Assembly (NCBI GenBank): GCA_020057225.1
Contig: JAGVGH010000053.1
Location: 1 to 46,343, forward strand
DNA: 46,343 nt
Origin: Desulfobacterales bacterium
GTDB taxonomy: Bacteria > Desulfobacterota > Desulfobacteria > Desulfobacterales > Desulfatibacillaceae
Direction of reading: 5' to 3'
Numbering within the stretch: the stretch's first letter is position 1; the number at the start of each line of letters is the position of its first letter. A program made the translations under genes and the position numbers. The notes under the pieces are model-generated. The model searched no databases. It was not told where the DNA came from and saw nothing but the letters and a program-made list of their open reading frames with translations. Shown piece after piece: positions 17,777 to 25,958 of the stretch.

Positions 17777-20254
17777 CTATGCCGATGCCTGATTTTCCAA
17801 TAACGCCCTGTACCCGTCCCGGTCAAGCTCCTTGCCGTCCGGCAGGCGCACCGTGGCCTTGAATTCCCCGAGCAGGGAGAGCATCAGCGCGCCATGGGCC
17901 GCGTTGGCCTCCTCGTCCGTAAGGGTTCTGTCCGGGGCGCGGTATGTCGCGCGGATGGAAAGGCTCTTCTTTCCCTCGGCAATGGGCTTGCCCTCGTAGA
18001 GCGCCACAATCCCCGCTGTTTCCAAAAGCTCTCCGCCGGTGTTCCGCGCGTGGTCCAACACCGCGCCCGCCGTGACAGCCTTGTCAAGCACCAGGGAGCT
18101 GTCCCGCCACGTGGCCGGATACCGGGGCAACGGCACGCAGGAGATTTTCTCCGGCAACAGATTCCCAAGCGTCTCCACATCCAGTTCCGCCACAAAGGCC
18201 GGGACTTTCACGCCAAACGCCCTGAGCGTCTCCGGGCACATCTCTCCCAGGGTGCCGATAACCGCGCTTCCAGCCACAGCCAGGGCGCCAAAGCCCGGCT
18301 TGAGCCAGGGAGCGGCGCCTGCGGGCGGACGCTTCCACTCCACGCCGGTTATCCGAAGCCCGCCCAAAAGCCCTTCCACCGCGCCTTTCACGTCGTAGAA
18401 ATCCACGGCCTCTTCCTTGCCGTGCCACGTGAGACCCTGGCGGCTTCCGCACATCAGGAGGCAGAGTTTTTCCTTTTCCTCCGGAAGAGCGTTCCCGGCA
18501 TTGGCGAAAAACACCTTGCCGTTCTCGAAAATTTTAAGGTCGCGGACATTCTGGTTAAGGTTCCGGGCCATGGTTTCGAGAAGCCCCGGCAGAAGCGAGG
18601 TGCGCATGACGCCCTGGTCTTCGCTCAAGGGATTTTGCACGGGAAGCTGGCGCCGGAGCGGGCTTTCCCCGGACGCGCGCAGGCGGTCCGGCGCGGCCGG
18701 ATGGATGAAACTGTAGTGGATGGTCTCATAGAAGCCCGAGCCGCAAAGGATGTTCCGGAGTGTCGCGCGCAGAGCCCGCGCCGGATGCGGGGCCACGGCG
18801 TCCATGCGCATGGAGGGCGCGCTCACGGGGATGTTGTCGTATCCCCAAAGCCGGGCCACTTCCTCCACCAAATCCTCGGCCCGGGACACATCCACCCGGT
18901 GGCTGGGGGGAGTGGCCACCAGAGTGTCCCCTTCGCCCTTGACAGTAGAGATACCCACCGAGGCGAGATACCCGGCAATGGCCTCCCGGGTGTGGGAGCT
19001 TCCCAACAGCGCGTTGCACCTGGCTGTGGAAAGGGGAATGGCCGGAGCCTTGTAGGGCCGGGGCCAGGTGTCCACCACGCCGGAAACAAGGGCGCCCCCC
19101 GCAGCCTCGAGCATGAGCTTTGCCGCCCGGTCCGCCGCGCGCACGCATCCCAGAGGGTCCGTGCCCCGCTCGAACCGGTGGCTTGCCTCGGTGGCAAGCC
19201 CCAGACGCTTGGCGGTTTTCCGGACGCTTGTGGGGTTGAACCACGCGCTTTCGATGAGCACGTCTTTGGTGTCGGCCCGGATTTCCGAATTGGCGCCGCC
19301 CATGACTCCGGCGACCGCCACGGGCCGCTTGCCGTCGCAGATCATGAGGGTGTCCGCGGTAAGCGTCCGGGTCTCGTTGTCGAGAGTCGTGAATTTTTCG
19401 CCTTCGGAGGCGAGACGGACAACGATGCGCCGCTCCTCCAGACGGTTGAAATCAAAGGCGTGGAGGGGCTGGCCTGTTTCGAGCATGACGAAGTTCGTCA
19501 CATCCACGATGTTGTTGATGGGCCGTTGTCCGACAGCAAGAAGCCGCTCCGCGAGCCATTTTGGGGATGGACCGATGGTCACGCCCTTGAGGAGACGCGC
19601 GGCGTACCTGGGGCAGTGGTCCGGCGCCTCGATGGTGACAGAGGTCTCTTTGGCCGCGTCCCCCTGGCCTTGGGGAAGGGAGGTGTCGGGCATGCGGAGG
19701 GGTTTTCCGGTCAGGGCGGACACCTCGCGGGCGATTCCCAGCGCGGAAAGGCAGTCCGGGCGGTTGGGAGTAAGTCCGATTTCAAAGACGGTGTCTTTGA
19801 GGTTCAAGACTTCCGCCAGGGGCGCGCCCGGACGGGCGTCCTTGGGAAGCTCCAGAAGCCCGGATTTGTTTATTCCAATACCCAGTTCCGCCTCGGAGCA
19901 GAGCATGCCAAAGGACATCCGGCCCCGGACCTTGCTTTCCGCCACGGTTTTGCCGTCAGCCAGCACGGTTCCAGGCAGGGCCAGGGGCGCCACAAGCCCG
20001 GCGCGGGCGTTGGGGGCGCCGCACACCACGGAGGCCCCGCCCTTGCCCGTATCCACGGAAAGGATTTTTAACCCGGGCGCCTCGGGATGCGGAGCCTCGG
20101 AGAGTATCCGCGCGGCAACCACGGTCCGGAGCGGGGCGTACCTGTCCAAAACGGCCTCCACCTCGAGCCCGGCCATGGTGAGCTTATGGGCCAGGGTTTC
20201 GGGCGGCATGTCCGCGTCCACGTATTCGGAGAGCCAGTCAAGACTGATTTTCAT
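17777..20254 (-). CDS. pheT: phenylalanine--tRNA ligase beta subunit
   Basis: 825 aa beginning MKISLDWLSEYVD. It has B3/4, B5 and FDX-ACB-type C-terminal regions and follows pheS with a 2-nt gap. Confidence 0.95.
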   Translation of the reverse strand: MKISLDWLSEYVDADMPPETLAHKLTMAGLEVEAVLDRYAPLRTVVAARILSEAPHPEAPGLKILSVDTGKGGASVVCGAPNARAGLVAPLALPGTVLADGKTVAESKVRGRMSFGMLCSEAELGIGINKSGLLELPKDARPGAPLAEVLNLKDTVFEIGLTPNRPDCLSALGIAREVSALTGKPLRMPDTSLPQGQGDAAKETSVTIEAPDHCPRYAARLLKGVTIGPSPKWLAERLLAVGQRPINNIVDVTNFVMLETGQPLHAFDFNRLEERRIVVRLASEGEKFTTLDNETRTLTADTLMICDGKRPVAVAGVMGGANSEIRADTKDVLIESAWFNPTSVRKTAKRLGLATEASHRFERGTDPLGCVRAADRAAKLMLEAAGGALVSGVVDTWPRPYKAPAIPLSTARCNALLGSSHTREAIAGYLASVGISTVKGEGDTLVATPPSHRVDVSRAEDLVEEVARLWGYDNIPVSAPSMRMDAVAPHPARALRATLRNILCGSGFYETIHYSFIHPAAPDRLRASGESPLRRQLPVQNPLSEDQGVMRTSLLPGLLETMARNLNQNVRDLKIFENGKVFFANAGNALPEEKEKLCLLMCGSRQGLTWHGKEEAVDFYDVKGAVEGLLGGLRITGVEWKRPPAGAAPWLKPGFGALAVAGSAVIGTLGEMCPETLRAFGVKVPAFVAELDVETLGNLLPEKISCVPLPRYPATWRDSSLVLDKAVTAGAVLDHARNTGGELLETAGIVALYEGKPIAEGKKSLSIRATYRAPDRTLTDEEANAAHGALMLSLLGEFKATVRLPDGKELDRDGYRALLENQASA

Positions 20255-20256
20255 GG

Positions 20257-21261
20257 CTAAAACTGCCTCAGGAAACGCAGGTCGTTTTCAAAAAACCGCC
20301 GGAGATCGTCGGCGCCGTACCGGAGCATGGCGATGCGCTCGACTCCCAGGCCAAAGGCGAACCCGGTGATTTCCGCCGGGTCGTAGCCCACGAATTCGAA
20401 GACCCTGGGATGGACCATGCCGGAGCCCAGGATTTCGAGCCAGCCGGTGTCCTTGCAGATACGGCAGCCCTTGCCTCCGCAGCCCACGCACTGGATATCC
20501 ACCTCGGCGCTGGGTTCCGTGAAGGGGAAGAAGCTGGGGCGGAAGCGGACGCGGGTGCCGGCGCCGAACATCTGGTGGACAAAGGAGACAAGGCATCCTT
20601 TGAGGTCCGGGAAGGAGATGCCCTTGTCAACCACAAGCCCCTCGACCTGGTGGAACATGGGGGTGTGGGTGATATCGGAGTCGCAGCGGTACACCTTTCC
20701 CGGGGCGATGACCCGAACCGGGGGTTTGCGCGCCTCCATGGTCCGGACCTGGAGGGGCGAGGTGTGGGTGCGGAGCACCACGCCGGGGGAAACAAAGAAG
20801 GTGTCCTGCATGTCCCGGGCCGGGTGGTCTTTGGGGAAATTCAGGGCCTCGAAGTTGTAGTAATCGAGCTCGACCTCGGGACCCTCCGCCACGTCAAAGC
20901 CCAGACGGATGAAGATGTCGCAGATGGAGTCCATGGTCTGGGCAAGAGGGTGGGGCCGCCCGTGGGGCATGGGGCGTCCGGGGAGGGTGGGGTCAATGCC
21001 CGCCGCCTCCTGTACGTCCCGGGCAAGGCGCTCCTGGGCGGCTTTAAGGGCGGCCTCGAGGGCGAGCTTGAGCTCGTTGGCTTTGCGTCCGGCCTCCTTG
21101 CGCTCCTCGGGACCAAGGCTCCCAAGCCCGCGCAGGATTTCGCTCACAAGCCCCTTGCGTCCGAGGTATTTGACCTCTGCGGCCTTGACCTCCGCAGGCG
21201 TGCGCGCGGTCTCGAACCCGGCAAGGGCCTCATTCCGGATGGTTTCAATGGTGGCGTCCAC
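20257..21261 (-). CDS. pheS: phenylalanine--tRNA ligase alpha subunit
   Basis: 334 aa with class II aaRS motifs: [51 protein letters not shown]. Confidence 0.95.
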   Translation of the reverse strand: MDATIETIRNEALAGFETARTPAEVKAAEVKYLGRKGLVSEILRGLGSLGPEERKEAGRKANELKLALEAALKAAQERLARDVQEAAGIDPTLPGRPMPHGRPHPLAQTMDSICDIFIRLGFDVAEGPEVELDYYNFEALNFPKDHPARDMQDTFFVSPGVVLRTHTSPLQVRTMEARKPPVRVIAPGKVYRCDSDITHTPMFHQVEGLVVDKGISFPDLKGCLVSFVHQMFGAGTRVRFRPSFFPFTEPSAEVDIQCVGCGGKGCRICKDTGWLEILGSGMVHPRVFEFVGYDPAEITGFAFGLGVERIAMLRYGADDLRRFFENDLRFLRQF

Positions 21262-21287
21262 GGCGGCTCCTCGGGGGAGTTGCGGCC

Positions 21288-21334
21288 AGAAAACAAAACA
21301 CCCCGCCCCGCCATTATGGCGTTGCAGGGGTGTT
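21288..21334 (-). terminator. stem-loop plus T-tract between rplT and pheS (terminator or attenuator)
   Basis: The minus strand reads AACACCCC-(loop containing CGCCA-taa-TGGCG)-GGGGTGTT followed by TTGTTTTCT. It lies between the rplT stop at 21351 and the pheS start at 21261. Confidence 0.5.
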
Positions 21335-21350
21335 TGTCGCCTGGGCGGTT

Positions 21351-21701
21351 TTAGGCGTTCTGCGCCGCCAGGCCGGCGATCTGGGCGAAGCCCTGGGGGT
21401 CGGAGACCGCCAGCTCGGCCAGAACCTTCCGGTCAAGGGCGATGTTTTTCGTTTTGAGTCCGGAGATGAAACGGCTGTAGGAGAGTCCGTTCATCCGCGC
21501 GGCCGCGTTGATGCGCACAATCCAGAGTTTGCGGTAGTCCCGCTTTTTCTCGCGGCGTCCCCGGTAGGCGAACATGAGGGCCTTGTCCAGGGAGTCGCGG
21601 ACAGTGCGGATGAGTCTGCTCCGGCCCGCCTGCATGCCCCGGGCGAGCTTGAGCATTTTGTTGCGGCGCCTTCTTGCCTTGAAGCCTCTTTTAATGCGCA
21701 T
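21351..21701 (-). CDS. rplT: 50S ribosomal protein L20
   Basis: [22 protein letters not shown] ... is canonical L20. Confidence 0.95.
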   Translation of the reverse strand: MRIKRGFKARRRRNKMLKLARGMQAGRSRLIRTVRDSLDKALMFAYRGRREKKRDYRKLWIVRINAAARMNGLSYSRFISGLKTKNIALDRKVLAELAVSDPQGFAQIAGLAAQNA

Positions 21702-21718
21702 GGTATGTCTCCTCGCGC

Positions 21719-21916
21719 CTACACGTAGGGCAGCATGCGGCGCATGGCGCGCATGTTGGTCTGGTCAATGATGTGGGTTTTTCTGAGCCGTCTTTTGCGC
21801 TTGCGGGACTTCTTCGCCAGAATGTGGCTGGCAAACGACTTCTCGTAGGCGAACTTGCCGCTGCCGGTTTTTTTGAACCGTTTGGCGGCCGCGCGGTTTG
21901 TTTTGATTTTAGGCAT
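21719..21916 (-). CDS. rpmI: 50S ribosomal protein L35
   Basis: ORF trimmed to [22 protein letters not shown]... (65 aa). Confidence 0.93.
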   Translation of the reverse strand: MPKIKTNRAAAKRFKKTGSGKFAYEKSFASHILAKKSRKRKRRLRKTHIIDQTNMRAMRRMLPYV

Positions 21917-22171
21917 GCCGTGACCTCGCTTCCGTGCATATATTTTTCCGCGCGCCAAGGCGCGGAGGCTTTGTTCTTCCGGAGTCCGGGAGGTGAAGGG
22001 CCGCTTTGCGCCAGGTGCGGTTTGGCGCGAACGGACCTTTTACCACGCGCCGGGAGCGGGCGCAAGCCCTCTCGCGGAAAAAGCGAAAAAAATTTCACAG
22101 GCCCGGGCGGCTCTGCCTGGAGGGCCTGTTCCGGGCCTGACGTTTGAGGCTCCAGCGTGTTTACGCCGGGA

Positions 22172-22684
22172 TTACTTGGGCGCGAGCACCATGATCATGG
22201 TTCGGCCCTCGAACTTGGGGGGCTGTTCGACCACCGCGATTTCCGTGGTCAGGACAAGCACCTTGTCAAGCATTTCCCGTCCGCGTTCGGAGAAGGCGAT
22301 TTCCCGTCCGCGAAACATGACGGTTATTTTCACCTTGTCACGGTCTTCGAGGAAGCGCTTGATGTGGGTGACCTTGATGCCGAGGTCATGGTCACTGGTT
22401 TTGGGGCGCAGCTTGATTTCCTTGAGCTGGGTTGTCGCCTGTTTTTTCTTGGCTTCCTGCCGTTTTTTGTCCTGCTGGTACTTGAACTTGCCGTAGTCCA
22501 TGATTTTGCAGACCGGGGGGTCTGTGTTGGAGGACACCTCGACAAGGTCCAGGCCCGTGGCCTCGGCTACGGCAAGCGCCTGATGGATGGGGATTACGCC
22601 CACCTGTTGCCCGTTTTGGTCAATCAGGCGCACTTCCCGCGCCCGGATATTCCTGTTGATGTTCGCGCGCTTTTCGTTATCCAA
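22172..22684 (-). CDS. infC: translation initiation factor IF-3
   Basis: INRNIRAREVRLIDQNGQQVGVIPIHQALAVAEATGLDLVEVS ... PPVCKIMDYGKFKYQ is canonical IF-3. The only in-frame start is TTG at 22684, 3 nt after AGGAG. Confidence 0.92.
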   Translation of the reverse strand: MDNEKRANINRNIRAREVRLIDQNGQQVGVIPIHQALAVAEATGLDLVEVSSNTDPPVCKIMDYGKFKYQQDKKRQEAKKKQATTQLKEIKLRPKTSDHDLGIKVTHIKRFLEDRDKVKITVMFRGREIAFSERGREMLDKVLVLTTEIAVVEQPPKFEGRTMIMVLAPK

Positions 22685-23100
22685 CCACTCCTGCTTTCGT
22701 TATAAGGTTTTTGGTGGTGCGCATGGTGCCGAAAGTCCGGGATGCGGACTTTGTTTGTGCCTGGGATGGCGTTTGGCGCGGCCCGCGGGCCGTCGGGGAG
22801 CCGGCGCGGAAGGCTGTGGCGCTGGCCTGTGCCAGGAAATATCAGCGGCGCTTTTGAGAGCGCGTTGCCCTGAGGGTACGGTCTGACACGACAAAATACA
22901 ATAGGTGTCAAGGCTTTGCAAGGGAAAAAACGGGGGGAAGGGGAGGTGTTGGCTGGTAAGACCCAGGCCGGGCGGTGAGCCGCCTGGCCTGGGCGCGCCC
23001 TTGGCGGAGGGGGGGCCTCGCTTTGGGCTGGGCTAAAATAAAAACGATTCCTGCTCCTGTCAAGCCCGCCCCTCACAGACACCGGCACCCCGCCCCTCTC

Positions 23101-23164
23101 ATATCAAAACGCGGCCCAATCCGTAACACCTCCTGAAAGCTCCCGCTCAATCTCCCTCTCCCCC
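23101..23164 (+). mobile_element. MITE-like element, partial copy A (left half only)
   Basis: atatcaaaacgcggcccaatccgtaacacctcctgaaagctcccgctcaatctccctctccc aligns with 25699..25766 of copy B. It ends 10 nt before the stop of the truncated gene. Confidence 0.6.
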
Positions 23165-23174
23165 TTTTAGGGCT

Positions 23175-23579
23175 TTACCCCGCTTCACCTCCAAGGAGCC
23201 ATTCCGCCGCCGCCTGCCATCGAAGCGGCGCTGGCAGCTCGAAGCCGGGCGGTGCGCTGTCCAAGGTCAAGAGTACCGGCAGAGCGTCCGGAAATTCCTG
23301 ATGCGCGGCCTTAAGCGCGCGGATTTCCCTCCCGCGGGTCAACGGGTCCGTAATATCAAGGCAAACTTGAAGGAGAGTCCATTTGCCCACGGGATGACGC
23401 GCAAGGAAATCCACCTCGAAGCCCTCGGCGGTGCGGTAGTAATCCGCCTGGCAGCCACGCCGTTCCAGTTCAATCAACACGGCGGTTTCCAGGGCATGCC
23501 CAAGATTCGGCCTGCCGGTGCGCTCATACGCGGGGATCAATCCAGGGTCCACCGGGTAGGCTTTTCTGGGATTCACCAT
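23175..23579 (-). pseudogene. 5'-truncated remnant of a DUF4143-type AAA+ ATPase gene (C-terminal ~134 aa only)
   Basis: The product starts at NPRKAYPVDPGL. The K.Y..D.GL motif normally sits mid-protein, after the AAA domain. An in-frame stop lies 11 codons upstream, and no P-loop region is present in 23580..23730. Confidence 0.6.
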
Positions 23580-23730
23580 GCGCTTTCGCTCAGAGGCGGT
23601 GTGATGAGCAGGTCATGCATATCGCCTCTGTACGAGGAGATATCCTATCAAATTCATCCTTTTAAAAAGGATAATTCCACCTTTTATGCGACTTTTCAAA
23701 CAGCCGGCCCTGCTCCAACTTCGAATGCCC

Positions 23731-25416
23731 CTAAAACGCCTCCACCCGAAACTGGCAGCTCACCCCTTCGTCCTGAATGTCATAATCCGGCGGCTCATCC
23801 ACGTCCCGGAAACCCTTGCCCCAATACAACCGAAACCCGACCCCCTCCGTTATATCCCACACCACCCCTGTCCCCGCCGAATAGATACTCTCCGGCACAG
23901 GGTCCGCCCCCGAATGGTTCCACCCCTGCCCAAAATCCATAAAAAACGCAAGCTGCACCAGCCCCGGGCCTTGCCGCCCCTCCATCTCCGGAAACCTGAG
24001 CCTCCCCACCGCCCAGCGCCACTCCACACTTGCCGTAACCCCGTTGTCCGTCGTAAGCTGGTTCTCCCGGTATCCCCGAACCGTGGAATCCCCCCCTATC
24101 ACAAACTTCTCCGCAGGCGGCAAATCATTGTCGCACACCTGGGCGCCGGCCCTGAATATCAAAACAGAGCCTAAGGACTCCACCCGCTCCATCCACCAAA
24201 ACCGGGGAAGAAACGCAAGATAACGCTCGTCCGCCCGCCTCCGGCGCTCCACCTCGCCAAGCATCAGGCTGGACTGAAAAGAAACAACACGCTCCGCATC
24301 CCGGCGCGACCATTCCCCAAGAACGCCAAGGGCGTTGATGGTGCTTTTTCCGTAATCCACGTTGGGAGCAAAGGAATACGGCTCCCCCAAAAGCCGCGTC
24401 TTGCCCCAGGTCTTCCCGCCCCGCAGACCTATGGAAAACTCCTGGACCGGACTCCTGCTCAACGGCAGGCGCGCTGTCATCCCCGCCGCTGTGGACTTGC
24501 TCTGAATATCCAAAATATCCAAGGGCGGCTGCACAATGGCCGTCTCCTCGCGCGCCACGTCCATCCCCAGCGTGGCCCCTCCCGCCCCCAAAGGCGCCGT
24601 GTAGGAGGCCATGTACTCCTTGGACCCGGTGGACAGCCCGAACCTTGCCTCCAGGGTGTCGCCCATGCCCAGCACGGACAGGTGTTTGCCCTGGACCCGG
24701 GCAAGGCAGGATCCCACACTGGGGGGCTTGTGGTTGGAAAGGTCAAAGGAGAGACTGTAAGGCCGCTTTTCCCTGACCTTGACAAACAGGGCCGATTCCC
24801 CTTCCCTGGTTCCTTTGCCGGTCTTCACCTCGACATCCTCCACGCGGGGATCGGCCCTGAGCAGCGCAAGGCGGCGTTCGAGTTCCTGGACATTGAGGGG
24901 CGCCGGACGCTCCCCGGCCTTATATCCCAGGCGCCGGGTGATGTAGGAGGGAGAGAGGCTCACATTGCCGGAAACCTGGATAAAAGTGAGGTTGCTTTCG
25001 CTCACCGCAAGCCGGACCACCCCGGTTTCCGCCTCCTGGGAGGCGAGCACCGCGGCGTTGGGGTATCCCGCGTCCGTGTAGAACCGGGTCACGGCGTCCG
25101 CGGCCTTTTTCAGGACATCCGGAGTGCCTTGCCGGCCCAGCCAGGGGGCGGTCACAGGGGCGAGGACTTTTTGACTGAAAACCGTGTTGCCGGAGAAACG
25201 GAATTCCCGGACTGGCAGGGCGGCGCGGGAAGCGTCCCGGCTCCGGGTCAGAAGGTCCCGGGCGGCCTTGCTTTCCTCGGGCCACTGAAGGGGCCTTGCT
25301 GTTTCCGGCATTCCGCCGGCTCCGGCCTGGGCCGGAAGACCGGGAGCCTGGGCGCGGGCAGGCGCCGCCGCAAGCAGCAGCGCGGCGAAAAGGCTTATGG
25401 GGAGGGATCGTTTCAA
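23731..25416 (-). CDS. ShlB/FhaC/HecB-family (TpsB) outer-membrane transporter with POTRA region
   Basis: The ORF's N-terminal 153 codons read through the MITE and are discarded. TTG 25416 gives MKRSLPISLFAALLLAAAPARAQA, a classical signal peptide. TpsB hallmarks are present: FVIGGDSTVRGY, a 16-strand-like C-terminal half and a terminal aromatic residue (…FRVEAF). Confidence 0.85.
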   Translation of the reverse strand: MKRSLPISLFAALLLAAAPARAQAPGLPAQAGAGGMPETARPLQWPEESKAARDLLTRSRDASRAALPVREFRFSGNTVFSQKVLAPVTAPWLGRQGTPDVLKKAADAVTRFYTDAGYPNAAVLASQEAETGVVRLAVSESNLTFIQVSGNVSLSPSYITRRLGYKAGERPAPLNVQELERRLALLRADPRVEDVEVKTGKGTREGESALFVKVREKRPYSLSFDLSNHKPPSVGSCLARVQGKHLSVLGMGDTLEARFGLSTGSKEYMASYTAPLGAGGATLGMDVAREETAIVQPPLDILDIQSKSTAAGMTARLPLSRSPVQEFSIGLRGGKTWGKTRLLGEPYSFAPNVDYGKSTINALGVLGEWSRRDAERVVSFQSSLMLGEVERRRRADERYLAFLPRFWWMERVESLGSVLIFRAGAQVCDNDLPPAEKFVIGGDSTVRGYRENQLTTDNGVTASVEWRWAVGRLRFPEMEGRQGPGLVQLAFFMDFGQGWNHSGADPVPESIYSAGTGVVWDITEGVGFRLYWGKGFRDVDEPPDYDIQDEGVSCQFRVEAF

Positions 25417-25698
25417 ATCAGGCGCCGTGTTGCCGGGCAAGGCGCGGCAGGATGCCCGCCCGAAGCGAAAAGAACGTCCCGCGGTATGCGGGGGTATATT
25501 CCGGAATGCTGAAAGTGCCGCGCGCCAAAGACTATAGCAACCAGGGCAGGGAGGCGCAAGGCGATTCTTAGCAGAGCCGGGACAGCGGCGCGCGCCCAAA
25601 AGGCGTGAACTCCCCGTTGACAATCCCCGGTTTTCAGGCGAAAACCCAATGACAGTTCCATTTTTTCGGCTCCTGTTTTCGCGCTGGATCCGGACCTT

Positions 25699-25818
25699 AT
25701 ACCAAAATGCGGTCCAATCCGTACCACCTGCTGAAAGCTCCCGCTCCCGCTCAATCTCCCTCTCCCTGTGGGAGAGGGCTGGGGTGAGGGCGTACCTTGT
25801 CTGATTGCACCTTGGTAT
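25699..25818 (+). mobile_element. MITE-like element, full copy B (in the divergent promoter region between tpsB and the giant gene)
   Basis: The 120-bp element runs ataccaaaatgcggtcc ... ccctctccctgtgggagaggg ... gattgcaccttggtat. Its imperfect termini are ATACCAARRTGC, with an internal hairpin CCCTCTCCC-tgt-GGGAGAGGG. Its reverse complement matches 36364..36477 closely, apart from a 6-bp indel. Confidence 0.7.
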
Positions 25819-25958
25819 TAAAGAACAAAAACCTGCGGTTCTTCCAAAGGCCGGACCCGCCGCTTCCCGCGGCATCGAGGCACAACGCGTATCCCTTGTC
25901 CGTTCGCGCCCGACGCCGGACAGATAACCCGTGAACCGCCTTCCGGAGGTCTATTCCC

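Noticed and set aside
22685-23100. I looked for thrS, a T-box or an L20-type leader upstream of infC, and evaluated ORF 22624..23088.
   Set aside because: There is no ThrRS motif in any frame and no T-box specifier/antiterminator pattern. The ORF is Pro/Arg-rich and overlaps a GC hairpin (22962..22993) and a MITE fragment.
23731-25875. The full 714-aa version of the TpsB ORF starting at 25875.
   Set aside because: Its first ~150 codons translate the MITE (…LTPALSHREREIERERELSAG…) and other non-protein-like sequence. A TTG at 25416 yields a textbook signal peptide and a normal TpsB length.
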